This document shows positions 30,414-40,233 of a stretch of 64,000 bases of DNA, piece after piece. The notes beneath the pieces were generated by a model. That model saw only the letters and a list, made by a program, of their open reading frames with translations. It did not search any database and was not told where the DNA came from. A program made the position numbers and the translations under genes. The DNA comes from a virus (taxonomy: Duplodnaviria; Heunggongvirae; Uroviricota; Caudoviricetes): positions 1-64,000 of the IMG/VR virus record IMGVR_UViG_3300045988_145627, one strand, 5' to 3'. Every line of letters begins with the position of its first letter. Positions within the stretch are counted from its first letter, which is position 1.

Positions 30414-30590
30414 CAGAAGAGGACTTTTCTAACATAAAATTTGCATATTATTAGAGCACAAGGTAGATTTGGCACATGGATGTCAAGTAAATCATCCCTT
30501 GCATTAATGCTGCGACGCATACTCGTAGCCTCTAAACCCTGACAAGGGTCGCCGCTATGACATTAAGTTAATACCGGCTAAGGTGGACAC

Positions 30591-30974
30591 ATGCTGAACG
30601 AAAAACGTTCTATACAAACAATTCGCGATTGCACGAGTGTTATCGCAACTCATGTGCTGAATAAGCGCAAACTTGAGGTGCGTAAACTTAACAACGATGC
30701 GACTGCGCCAAAAGACACTCGCTTCATCGTAACTTTCAAAGACGATGTTGAGAATGCTGGTGCCAGTGTAAAACCGTTGGCTGAAGCGATTTTCCTGAAC
30801 GATCGTGTTCGTTTCATTGTGAAGCCAGCAAAACAATACCCTGAATTAGCACGGTTTAGTGACCAATTCTCTGAAATTATTGAGAGTGCAATTCGCCGCT
30901 TTCTTAATACTCATGGTAGCATTGTCAGCAATACAACTGCTGATGGTACTGCTCTAAGATGGCACCTACACTAG
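30591..30974 (+). CDS. hypothetical protein
   Basis: ORF with RBS aaggtgg. Confidence 0.4.
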   Translation: MLNEKRSIQTIRDCTSVIATHVLNKRKLEVRKLNNDATAPKDTRFIVTFKDDVENAGASVKPLAEAIFLNDRVRFIVKPAKQYPELARFSDQFSEIIESAIRRFLNTHGSIVSNTTADGTALRWHLH

Positions 30975-31711
30975 AACGCACATACTCTAAAAATCTTTAT
31001 GAGTTTCCTCACCGTGGGGAAACTCGCGTTTCACGTTTTGGCTACCTCATCAACGAAGCATCGCTTTTCAAAATATCTGAAATAACCATTATCGAGCCTG
31101 ATGATGATATCTGTCTGTATATCCTGATGGAGAAAGTTGGAGCACGAGATCAGGGTGAACTGATGGACTTCATTCTGGACAGAGGCGAAGATGGAATGTC
31201 TGATTCGGACATTATTCAAGCAATTCTGCGTTCCGACATGCTCGATCAGAGCAGAAACACGATAGCAGGCAGAATTGCCTTGCGTGAATACACATTCATC
31301 GAGGATGGGGTAGAGATTGACTGCTATCAGATTGCAGGTGTTGAAACAGAAAGAGCAATAAGGCAAAGGGGACTGTGCAACCTCACGTATCGCTTCCTCC
31401 TTCATTGGTACGAACATCTTGTCTGTGATTACAATCAGACCATTCCTGGCGCAAAAATCTGGGCCGGTCCATTAATGCGAACAGGTGATGTAAGAATTTA
31501 CAACGCAAAAACTGAGACGTTCGAGGATGTGTTAGGCGAATATGGGATGGGAAAAGAAACCGGCTTTTTGCCGTGGAACAGAGGATTGTTACTTGATCCA
31601 GAATTAAGCTCTTGGTTTCCAAATAAGGTGCAAGTTAACGTTGAGAAATTTATCGTACTTATCATCTCCCGCAAAACAAGAACCCCAGTTGGTTTATATC
31701 TAAAAGATTAA
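30959..31711 (+). CDS. hypothetical protein
   Basis: 250 aa ORF overlapping previous stop; followed by terminator. Confidence 0.45.
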   Translation: MAPTLERTYSKNLYEFPHRGETRVSRFGYLINEASLFKISEITIIEPDDDICLYILMEKVGARDQGELMDFILDRGEDGMSDSDIIQAILRSDMLDQSRNTIAGRIALREYTFIEDGVEIDCYQIAGVETERAIRQRGLCNLTYRFLLHWYEHLVCDYNQTIPGAKIWAGPLMRTGDVRIYNAKTETFEDVLGEYGMGKETGFLPWNRGLLLDPELSSWFPNKVQVNVEKFIVLIISRKTRTPVGLYLKD

Positions 31712-31716
31712 CAATT

Positions 31717-31742
31717 AGGCGACTTCGGTCGCCTTTTTTGTT
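31717..31742 (+). terminator. intrinsic terminator
   Basis: AGGCGAC-ttcg-GTCGCCT followed by TTTTTT. Confidence 0.7.
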
Positions 31743-31887
31743 AACAGCCATTGATTCTCGCCTAAAAATTCTAAGGCAGCACCTACCATTTAACCTTTAC
31801 ACCGCAGCCGTAGGCATTTAGGCTATATCACATATAAGAAAACAAGTTGTTTCAGACAATAATAATAGACGCAAAGGGAACTCTCCA

Positions 31888-32556
31888 ATGACCAAGATCT
31901 TTGTGGTTGGCGGCACAAAGGGCGGGCCTGGCAAATCCACCGTTGCCCAGCAAATTGCCGTTTGCCTGAAAGTCAAAAAGAAGAAGAAGGTTTATATCAC
32001 TGATATAGATATTCAGCGCACGACAACAAGCTGGTGTGAAGACCGTCGACAGAACGAAGACCTTGAGCTGATTCCTTTTGCATACGTTCAGGATGACATC
32101 ATTAAGCACCTAAAATCGCTTCAGGGTAGAGCTGAGTTTGTAGTGGTAGATGCTGGTGGCTTTGACTCCGAAATTCAGCGACAAGCGATGCTGATGGCCG
32201 ACGTTATCATTATCCCGCTTCGTCCTAAGCGTCGTGATTTGAAATCTCTGCGTGACATCGATCCTATTATCGACAATGTTCGTAATGTAAACGATAAAGT
32301 GAAGGTCCGCGCGGTCATGAACCAGTGCCCGGCTTTGCCATCACAAGTGTCTCGCATTCTGGCGGCTAAAGAGATTGTCGAGACGTTTGGCATCGAGTCT
32401 GCGCCAGTCAATCTATATAACCGCAACGTCTACGATGATGCGGAAGAGTCTGGTCGTTCTATCTTTGAAATGACCGGTAGCGAGCGCGACAAAAAGGCGG
32501 AAGCCGAGTTTGAAGAATTTGTAGATTATCTGTTGAGTCTGGAGGAAGAAGAATAA
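31888..32556 (+). CDS. parA: ParA/Soj-family partition ATPase
   Basis: Deviant Walker A GGTKGGPGKST, Walker B-like FVVVDAGG; RBS aaggga. Confidence 0.85.
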   Translation: MTKIFVVGGTKGGPGKSTVAQQIAVCLKVKKKKKVYITDIDIQRTTTSWCEDRRQNEDLELIPFAYVQDDIIKHLKSLQGRAEFVVVDAGGFDSEIQRQAMLMADVIIIPLRPKRRDLKSLRDIDPIIDNVRNVNDKVKVRAVMNQCPALPSQVSRILAAKEIVETFGIESAPVNLYNRNVYDDAEESGRSIFEMTGSERDKKAEAEFEEFVDYLLSLEEEE

Positions 32557-32915
32557 TGTCCATGAAAATGGGTGACCTAGCAAAGCGCAAAGAGCCTGAT
32601 GCACCGGCCAAGAACACAACTCCTTTGCGCCAACCAGTCAGACCACAGGGACGCCCGACTCGTGGCAAAGAGAAAATTAAAAGCCGCACAATGTCACTGG
32701 AAGACGAATACTTCGAACTGCTGGAGATGATGAAGTTCATCCCTCGCTTCGAGAAATTCACCCGCTCTGATGTGATTCGTGCTGCTATTTTCCATCTTGC
32801 GGAGAAGACACCGCAGGAAATCGAGGACATCGTAAAGCTGAACGAGGCGATCACAGCTGCCGATGTCACGATGCGTACCGATGAAATTAAACGCGAGTTG
32901 ATGAAGAAAGGTTAA
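32556..32915 (+). CDS. small partition/centromere-binding protein (ParG/RHH-like), putative
   Basis: Start overlaps parA stop (TAATG); basic disordered N-terminus and short helical C-terminus. Confidence 0.45.
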   Translation: MSMKMGDLAKRKEPDAPAKNTTPLRQPVRPQGRPTRGKEKIKSRTMSLEDEYFELLEMMKFIPRFEKFTRSDVIRAAIFHLAEKTPQEIEDIVKLNEAITAADVTMRTDEIKRELMKKG

Positions 32916-32966
32916 TAATGTGGGCTGTCTAGCCCACATTATTTTAATTAAAGTGGAGTGATAATT

Positions 32967-33719
32967 ATGCATTCGTTAGTATTTGCATTTAAAAACATAC
33001 TCAAGAATGTTATAAACATACTAGGGATGTTAAATATTTTTTTGTCTGTGAGGGTGAGGAGAAAAGATATAAAAGATAAAATAAAGGAACTTAACAAAGA
33101 AAAAGAACAATTAAAAAGCGAAGAAATTATTATTGATTTATACAAGAAAAAACTCGCATCTAGCAAGGGGAAAGCTAATGATAAAATCAAAGGAAAAATT
33201 ATTCACTATATTATTGCTAGAGAGTTGGGGAATGATCCTGATAATGAAGATTTTCGACATAATCTTTTTACAAAGATAAAAGAATCAGAAGAACAGGTTG
33301 AAGTTCTGGTTCATCAAAGAGAAGTAAGTGAGCAGGCGAACAAAAAAGAAACGGTTGTCAATTTGTTTTTATTGTATGAAAAAAATAAATTGTTTAAAGC
33401 TAAGGGGTTGGCTGTGTTTCTTATAGTTATAAACTTAATTATAGTTGCGACTCTCGATCTTCCAGCTTGGTCATTGATTATAAGTTTTTTTATTCTCTCT
33501 TTGATTATGTTGAAAGATCAGATACTTACTATTCGTGTCTCTAAAGGATATTTTGGCACAAGTGCGTATGAAGCGGTTCAATTGCTTAAATTCATCAGAG
33601 AAAATTCAGACAAATTTGACTCAGATGATAATGACGGTAGCCCACGACGGATATTGAATCCGAAGGGAACAACAAAAAAATCAGACAACCTATTCGATAA
33701 AGGGTGGCAAAATGTTTGA
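32967..33719 (+). CDS. A+T-rich membrane protein of unknown function
   Basis: ATG at 32967 with RBS aagtggag; N-terminal hydrophobic segment, Lys/Glu-rich helix, two adjacent TM helices (LAVFLIVINLIIVATL, SLIISFFILSLIML). Confidence 0.5.
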   Translation: MHSLVFAFKNILKNVINILGMLNIFLSVRVRRKDIKDKIKELNKEKEQLKSEEIIIDLYKKKLASSKGKANDKIKGKIIHYIIARELGNDPDNEDFRHNLFTKIKESEEQVEVLVHQREVSEQANKKETVVNLFLLYEKNKLFKAKGLAVFLIVINLIIVATLDLPAWSLIISFFILSLIMLKDQILTIRVSKGYFGTSAYEAVQLLKFIRENSDKFDSDDNDGSPRRILNPKGTTKKSDNLFDKGWQNV

Positions 33720-34134
33720 CCTTGACGCCATCACTAAGTTCTTAAATCAGTGTTTTGATCTACTTTTGCTCAAGCAGCCTTTAAGAACTGTTTTCGGAAT
33801 ACTGATTGGTTTCATTATTTTTGTTTTTGTTTACACGTTTAGGTTTGCGATAGCTCAAGATTTTTATGAAATAGATGGCGTGCATTACGCTGCATGTTTC
33901 GTCATCGGTGTTTTAGTTGTTCACACAAGAACATTTTTTGACGTTATCAAGGGCACCGCAGTTGATGAAGAAATAGATAGTATGATCAGAGTTATTACGA
34001 AGCAGCCACACCTATCTAACCATCAAAAAAACATAATGATTGCTGAAATACTTCAAAAAGAAATTGCAGCCATAAGTCAAAAGAGATTGGATAAAGTTGC
34101 ACAAGAAATGACGGAGAAAAAGACAACTGATTAA
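33712..34134 (+). CDS. A+T-rich membrane protein of unknown function
   Basis: Start overlaps previous gene by 8 nt; two TM helices (VFGILIGFIIFVFVYTF, AACFVIGVLVVHT). Confidence 0.5.
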   Translation: MFDLDAITKFLNQCFDLLLLKQPLRTVFGILIGFIIFVFVYTFRFAIAQDFYEIDGVHYAACFVIGVLVVHTRTFFDVIKGTAVDEEIDSMIRVITKQPHLSNHQKNIMIAEILQKEIAAISQKRLDKVAQEMTEKKTTD

Positions 34135-34142
34135 TTTAATTA

Positions 34143-34197
34143 CCTGTTTCTGTATATAAATAATAAGTAACTTATTAAATATATATACGGAAGCAGG
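34143..34197. promoter_or_regulatory. 55-bp imperfect palindromic element, copy B
   Basis: Near-identical to 2211-2265. Confidence 0.6.
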
Positions 34198-34314
34198 TCT
34201 TTTAAAAGACACCCACCAGAACAACTCCCTTCCGTTTCCACTTCCAAAAACTGCCACCAGTCGCTATCATCCGCTCATTGTGATAAGTAAGTAACTACCT
34301 ACTAGGTGAGCCAC

Positions 34315-35055
34315 ATGAGCCAAATCTTTTTCGATACCATCGACAACAACCAGTACGACTTCATGACAGAGTGGAATACCGCTGTTATGGACAAGTGGGT
34401 TGCTGAAAACATTGGTTTGTCGCGCTGCAAAGACGAGGCTGAACTCTTCGAGACGAAGTGGTTTGATTACCGCGACATGCATCCTCTCATGGCCACCTGC
34501 CTTTTTACGGAGGCATACAAACGTCAGTACTCAAATATCATGCTGACGCACGGTCGCGAACACTTTGAAACAGCTCCGTTCACCACCGGGTTAAAACGCC
34601 TGCCTTATCAGGAGTTGTCGACTGCCAATAAAACGTCTCTATGGAAAGCACGCCAGTTTGCTGACCGCTATTGCTGCTCATACGACTACTTTATCTCCAC
34701 CGTTCTTTCCGCAGCTGCACGACGGCTGTGGGACAAGCTGCCGCGCCCACAGCATTTATGGCAGCCAGAACTGATTGAGATATTTGAAGAGAAATTAGCC
34801 AGACGCGCAACAACCCGTCTGGATGACTCTCTGGTTAGCTTTAAGTATATGGGAGACATGCAGTTCAACCCGATTCAGGAAAGCTATTTTGAGTGGATTC
34901 TGGAGCGTTTGCGCACCATCCCTCGCAGTAAGCGCATACGCGCAATTTTCTCCGCTATCTGGCTAATGGAAATCGTTCCAGAGCGCCTTATTTCCGCCCA
35001 CTTTCCAGAAGAACTGGAAGAAGCACGGCGGTTTATTGATCCCCTATCTAATTAA
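34315..35055 (+). CDS. hypothetical protein upstream of helicase
   Basis: ATG at 34315 (track GTG 34306); no motif recognised. Confidence 0.45.
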   Translation: MSQIFFDTIDNNQYDFMTEWNTAVMDKWVAENIGLSRCKDEAELFETKWFDYRDMHPLMATCLFTEAYKRQYSNIMLTHGREHFETAPFTTGLKRLPYQELSTANKTSLWKARQFADRYCCSYDYFISTVLSAAARRLWDKLPRPQHLWQPELIEIFEEKLARRATTRLDDSLVSFKYMGDMQFNPIQESYFEWILERLRTIPRSKRIRAIFSAIWLMEIVPERLISAHFPEELEEARRFIDPLSN

Positions 35056-35098
35056 CTAATACTAGAAAACAATTTGTTTAAAAAACAAAGGAAAGCAC

Positions 35099-36439
35099 AT
35101 GACCGAACTTTGCCATACAGGACGCGGGCTGTCCGAAGAGTTTGATGAAGATTTCCAGAACAGACTGACGGCATATTTTTGTCGTGATCACGAGTTTCTT
35201 ACTCGTGCGGGAGATCTGGTTGTGCCTAGCCAATTTGCCAATGCGGCCAATGCCATATTGGTTAATATGGTTTCGGGCTATTACCGTATGTACAAGAGCG
35301 CGCCCTCTTCATCTGCAATTCTGGATATGCTTAAGCGTGCGAAACGCGATAAGACTATCCGTGAGGAACTATTCGCCGATGTTGTTGCTGCGTTTAAGCG
35401 CATCCTTGCAGAAAAATTGTCCGATACCTCGTACATGGTTGACCAGGTATCAACCTTCGCAAAAAGCGTAGCGTTTGATGATGCTCTGATTAAGGCTGCT
35501 GAACTGAAAGAGAAGGGCGACTTTCAGGGGGCGATGGCAATCATGGCCAAGGTTCAGCAGATAGGCTCGAACGAAGCAACCGGAATCTATGACTACTACA
35601 TCTCAGCAAGTGAGCGACTGAAAGCGCGTGAATATGAGGCCTCAGAGGAGTATGTGCCAAACAGCATTACAACTGGACTCCCTCTGCTCGATAGGTTGCT
35701 GTACCAAAAAGGCTGGGCGAAGCGTGAAATGGTGCTCTTCATGGGGTTCGCTAAATCCGGTAAATCGACCGCAATGGGTGAGTTTTCCATAAACGCAACG
35801 CTTGCTGGCTACAATGTTCTGTATCTCTCGCTGGAGGTTCACACCACCATTTTATCCGACCGTTTTGATGCAAGATTGTCGGAGACAGAAATGTCCAAGC
35901 TGGTGGAACGGCGCGATGAGGTTCATCGTAAGTTGGCAGAGTTGGGAGCCACGAAGGGGATTGGTAGTTTGTGGGTGGTTGAGCGTCCGTCAGGAAGTAT
36001 GTCACCGGCAGATCTGGACCGTATGCTTAACAGCATGAAAGCCAACGGCATGGTGCCTGACATGGTTGTTGTCGACTACGCAGATTTGATGCGTGCCAGT
36101 TATGACCTTCGTGATGATCGCGCCAACATTCGTAGTATCTACACCGATTTACGTGCTCTTTATGACAAACATAACGTTGCTGGAATCACGGCATCGCAGA
36201 CAAACCGTGAAGGTGGCGCGTCAGAAGTTGCCACAATGATGCACGCCGCCGACAACATCGAAAAAGTACGTATTGCTGACCTGGTAATAACGATCAACAA
36301 AACCGAAGAAGAAGAAGCGAAAGGAGAGGCTCGTCTCTACTTTGCTGGTTCACGTAACCAGCAGGGAGGGATCAGCATTCGTGTTAAACAAAACCTCGAA
36401 CAAATGCGCTTCATTGAGCGAATCTTAGACGTTACCTAA
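35099..36439 (+). CDS. replicative DNA helicase (DnaB/T7 gp4 helicase-like)
   Basis: Walker A GFAKSGKST, Walker B VVVDYADLM, ITASQTNR motif; RBS aaagga. Confidence 0.8.
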   Translation: MTELCHTGRGLSEEFDEDFQNRLTAYFCRDHEFLTRAGDLVVPSQFANAANAILVNMVSGYYRMYKSAPSSSAILDMLKRAKRDKTIREELFADVVAAFKRILAEKLSDTSYMVDQVSTFAKSVAFDDALIKAAELKEKGDFQGAMAIMAKVQQIGSNEATGIYDYYISASERLKAREYEASEEYVPNSITTGLPLLDRLLYQKGWAKREMVLFMGFAKSGKSTAMGEFSINATLAGYNVLYLSLEVHTTILSDRFDARLSETEMSKLVERRDEVHRKLAELGATKGIGSLWVVERPSGSMSPADLDRMLNSMKANGMVPDMVVVDYADLMRASYDLRDDRANIRSIYTDLRALYDKHNVAGITASQTNREGGASEVATMMHAADNIEKVRIADLVITINKTEEEEAKGEARLYFAGSRNQQGGISIRVKQNLEQMRFIERILDVT

Positions 36440-36448
36440 AAAATAAGC

Positions 36449-37702
36449 GTGGAGAACACCTCCACGCTTGATTCATTGGTGAAACAACTTTTCTTTTGCC
36501 AAACCACAAAAGAAAAACACATGAGCCTTTATGTTATATCAACATTTAGGTTGGTCACAATATTGCCTGTTAAAAGTGGAATTATCGTGAGCGAGCTGAA
36601 AGAGATAATTACCGAATTAGATTTTGAACAATGGTTGGACACTGAAGGTATCGTTTATCGACGTGGAGGCGTGAGTTCTCGCGGTCGTGAAGTGAATATC
36701 AAAGAGTGTCCGGTATGCGGCAGCTCCAACTGGAAGGTATATTTCAATCTGACCAGTGGCGTCGGCAAATGCTTTGCTGGTGATCATCCCGAAGAGATTC
36801 AGTTCAATAAGCTGGTCTTCCTCAAGCACTACAGCGGTAAATCACGACGACAGTTCGAGGAATATGTGCAGAACGCTCTTCTTTCCCAGGGGTGGGCACC
36901 AAAGAAAGAAGAGATAGTGCTTACAAGCACAGTCGAGTTAGAGGGACCACTTGCACTCCCTCGTCATTACGAACTTCCTATAGATGGCCGTCTTCCAGAC
37001 TATCTGGTTGAACGAAACATATCGCCTGAAATGGCAAAGTATTTTGACCTACGATACTGCGTCGAAGGCAAGCACGCTTATGTAGATCCGTATACAGATC
37101 AGGTAAAAGGACAGATATTCGATATGCGAGTACTGATACCGGTTTACGATCTGGATGGGGTAATGAAGACATTTCAGGGACGAGACATTACCGGTACAGC
37201 AGACCGCCGCTACCTCTTTCCTATGCAGCTTCCAGCTTCAGGTAAGTTTCTCTACAACGGCCATAATGCAGTTGGCAAACAGACTGTAGTTGTCTGTGAG
37301 GGGGCGTTCGATGTTATGGGAGTTAAACGAGCTATTTTTGATGAAGAAACATTACGTGATTACGTGGAACCGATAGGAACGTTCGGGATGCATCTATCTG
37401 GTAACACCACTCAGGATGCAGAAGATCAGTTAGGCGCGTTCCTGACGCTCAAGGCGCGTGGGTTACGTAATGTGATCATGATGTGGGATAGTGAAAAGCA
37501 AGCTATACGCAACACGATGGCCGCAGCCAGGCGATTGACCAGTATTGGTCTTAATGTCAAAGTTGCGTGTTTGGGCGAGGAAGGACTCGACCCCGGCGAT
37601 GCGACACCGGGGCAGATTATCAAAGCCTACTATTGCGCAAAACCTTACTCACGACAGCTTGAACTTTTAAGCAAGGTAAAAGGTATAGCAGCATTAGTTT
37701 GA
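36449..37702 (+). CDS. DNA primase (zinc-ribbon plus TOPRIM)
   Basis: CPVCGSSNWKV...GKCFAGDH zinc ribbon; TOPRIM VVVCEGAFDVMG and MMWDSE; true start uncertain. Confidence 0.7.
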   Translation: MENTSTLDSLVKQLFFCQTTKEKHMSLYVISTFRLVTILPVKSGIIVSELKEIITELDFEQWLDTEGIVYRRGGVSSRGREVNIKECPVCGSSNWKVYFNLTSGVGKCFAGDHPEEIQFNKLVFLKHYSGKSRRQFEEYVQNALLSQGWAPKKEEIVLTSTVELEGPLALPRHYELPIDGRLPDYLVERNISPEMAKYFDLRYCVEGKHAYVDPYTDQVKGQIFDMRVLIPVYDLDGVMKTFQGRDITGTADRRYLFPMQLPASGKFLYNGHNAVGKQTVVVCEGAFDVMGVKRAIFDEETLRDYVEPIGTFGMHLSGNTTQDAEDQLGAFLTLKARGLRNVIMMWDSEKQAIRNTMAAARRLTSIGLNVKVACLGEEGLDPGDATPGQIIKAYYCAKPYSRQLELLSKVKGIAALV

Positions 37703-38731
37703 ACCAGTATTAGTCACGTAAACATTGACCGAAAATGATTTAACTTCTGTGTTGAAGTTGTCAGTCATTACCGCGAGGTAGGCATTCTTGGTATCTCTGA
37801 ATTGCTTCAGGATGATTTGAACGTTATCGGTGCAAACAAACGAGGTAGCCAGATTGCCTCCTTTCTCTGAAAAATCCTTTAGGAAAGTGCAGTCAATTTT
37901 GCCATCATTAGCGGTGAAGGTGGCATCATCACCCTGCCAGGTAAATGTTGCGTTAACGCCTTTATCAATGGATTTAGCAATAAGTCGTTGAGTGGAGGAT
38001 TTTGCTTTAGATCTTGCAGCTGATGGTTGGTATTTACCGCTTTCTTTTAGTTCTGCAATGTAATCACAGCCATTTTTATCTTCTTTATCGCAAGCTGCCT
38101 GATAAAGCTCAGCTGCTTTTTTATAATCTTTTTTAACCCCTTCACCATACTCATACATAATGCCAAGATTCGCCAATGCAGATGCACTGCCTAGTTCGAT
38201 TCCTTTTTTATAATACTCTATTGCCTTTTTGTAGCTTTTTGGCACGCCTGCGCCAACATAATATAACTGTCCTAAATATGACGCAGATTCAGGGTCGCCA
38301 GCCTCTACTGCAAGTTTGTGATATTTCAGGGAAAGTTTTTGGTCTTTCTTACCCGCAAGTCCTTTATGATAAATAACACCCAGATTGTGATAAGAGTTGC
38401 CTCCAGCTGCATCACCAGCTTTCTTAAAGAGTTCCTCTGCCTTTTTGAAATTTTTATCAACCCCATACCCAAGGGCATACATTATACCTAGAGCATTAAA
38501 CGCTTCTTTGTTCCCCTTAGAAGTCGCCAGTTCAAGCCATTTTCTGGCTTCATCGTAGTTTTTTTCGACACCATGAATACCTTTCATATAGTCGATACCT
38601 AAAGCACTCTGTGACTCAACGTCGCCTGCTTTTGCCGCATCGATCAGCTTTTGTATTTCATAGGCATGTGCACTCCCCGAAACAAGTAATAGCGACAACA
38701 TAAAGAAAGATATTGGTTTGAAATGTTTCAT
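37694..38731 (-). CDS. secreted Sel1-repeat (TPR-like) protein
   Basis: Signal peptide MKHFKPISFFMLSLLLVSGSAHA; repeated Sel1-like units ending ...YYKKA/ELYQ.. Confidence 0.75.
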   Translation of the reverse strand: MKHFKPISFFMLSLLLVSGSAHAYEIQKLIDAAKAGDVESQSALGIDYMKGIHGVEKNYDEARKWLELATSKGNKEAFNALGIMYALGYGVDKNFKKAEELFKKAGDAAGGNSYHNLGVIYHKGLAGKKDQKLSLKYHKLAVEAGDPESASYLGQLYYVGAGVPKSYKKAIEYYKKGIELGSASALANLGIMYEYGEGVKKDYKKAAELYQAACDKEDKNGCDYIAELKESGKYQPSAARSKAKSSTQRLIAKSIDKGVNATFTWQGDDATFTANDGKIDCTFLKDFSEKGGNLATSFVCTDNVQIILKQFRDTKNAYLAVMTDNFNTEVKSFSVNVYVTNTGSN

Positions 38732-38912
38732 TTTTGGATTTTCACAAGATGGTTAGGTGGTTGTGGCTACTCGGTGTAAGGCTTTGTAATCACCGATTGG
38801 TAAGGTTACTTCAATTTAGCTTAACTGTCAGCATACCCAATCGCCGAAAAGATAAGTAGATGATTACTTATTAGTGTGTAAGAATACTGCCATCTGTTAG
38901 CTAGGAGTTGGT

Positions 38913-39695
38913 ATGAAAGACGAAATTCAGAAATTAGCCTGCGACATCATTGATAAAACTGGTTTAGAAATCAGCGAGAGCAATCGGCTAGACATCATTG
39001 AAAAAGCCGTCAATACGGCAATGGATCATATCGCCACTCGTTTAGTCGAGATCCCGCTACCGGGGCTACCTTATCTGAAGGTTAAGTTGCGCGTATGGGG
39101 CGAACCTGCACATGCACGACGTTCTGCATTAGTTGTTTTTGTACGCAAAGAAAACTTACGAACTCTAAAAGTGCAGGTTGGGGCGTGGTTTGATGGCAGA
39201 GTCATCTATACAGATACCATTATCTGTCCTCCAGGTGACGAACATATTGAAGCCGTCATTCGAGAATCAATTCGAGCTATGCGCAGTTTAGCTTTGCTGG
39301 AAGACAAGCAAAACTTTGAAGATTACTTGCTGTCGGTAAAAGCTGAACCAACATTGTCTCTGAAAGCCGATTTCGTCACCCCGACAAATCTGTTGGAGGT
39401 TTTGATTAATAAAGGGGCTAATGATGCTGTAAACCTAATCAGGGAGAGCGAATATTCGACTCTTTGCGACATGTGCAAAAGCCAGTTGGATCTTGTGCAT
39501 ATCATTGTTGATGCGGGGAAGGCGTGTGATGGCGTAATGGCGGAATTTGCTGGGAAGATGGTCAGGATTGCTAACGAATTACCGATGATAGAGCAAGAGG
39601 CCAAATCATACGCCACCAATCATGTCACAGAGCTTCTTGCCCCCTATCGCTTAGAAAGCGATCAGCGCAAGATGATTAGCTGGGGAAGTTGGTAA
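38913..39695 (+). CDS. hypothetical protein
   Basis: 260 aa ORF with RBS aggag. Confidence 0.45.
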   Translation: MKDEIQKLACDIIDKTGLEISESNRLDIIEKAVNTAMDHIATRLVEIPLPGLPYLKVKLRVWGEPAHARRSALVVFVRKENLRTLKVQVGAWFDGRVIYTDTIICPPGDEHIEAVIRESIRAMRSLALLEDKQNFEDYLLSVKAEPTLSLKADFVTPTNLLEVLINKGANDAVNLIRESEYSTLCDMCKSQLDLVHIIVDAGKACDGVMAEFAGKMVRIANELPMIEQEAKSYATNHVTELLAPYRLESDQRKMISWGSW

Positions 39696-39762
39696 GCTCT
39701 CTGTGTGTCGTTTTTTACGCAAATAATGATAGGTAAGCACAAGATTATTTCTGGCGGTAATT

Positions 39763-40233
39763 GTGAAAGCTGATTTGTCAAAAATCCCTTCTATTTCAGG
39801 AAATAACGGTTATTCACTTCGTTGTGAGGAAGTAAAGATAAACGGTGAGTCGGCATATTGCAGCTATTCCGTTTGCCAGCACACCATTCTTGCCTTCAAA
39901 GAAAACCGTCTTCCTCGAACTTCTTTCCAGTCGTGCGCAACCGCTATTAAAGCAGGCAAATGTAAGGCGTTAAAAATGATGGTTGAAGAGATTCGTAAAG
40001 GAGAATCTCTGTATTTCGCAGATATGACCGCACTCATTAAGGAGGTTGAAGAACGGAATAAACAAGCCAGATCTATAAAACGAAAACGTGACAGTGTAAC
40101 GATTAATAGCATGGTTAAGAAGAGCGCCACATCACAAACAGCGATCACTGACGTGTATGCGGCGTTGCTTGAAGAAACAACAAAAGAAACACATGAGCAA
40201 ATCGATCAACATATGGAGGCAAAACAACAATGA
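39763..40233 (+). CDS. hypothetical Cys-containing protein
   Basis: GTG start; N-terminal Cys cluster C..C..C....C; stop overlaps ligase start. Confidence 0.4.
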   Translation: MKADLSKIPSISGNNGYSLRCEEVKINGESAYCSYSVCQHTILAFKENRLPRTSFQSCATAIKAGKCKALKMMVEEIRKGESLYFADMTALIKEVEERNKQARSIKRKRDSVTINSMVKKSATSQTAITDVYAALLEETTKETHEQIDQHMEAKQQ

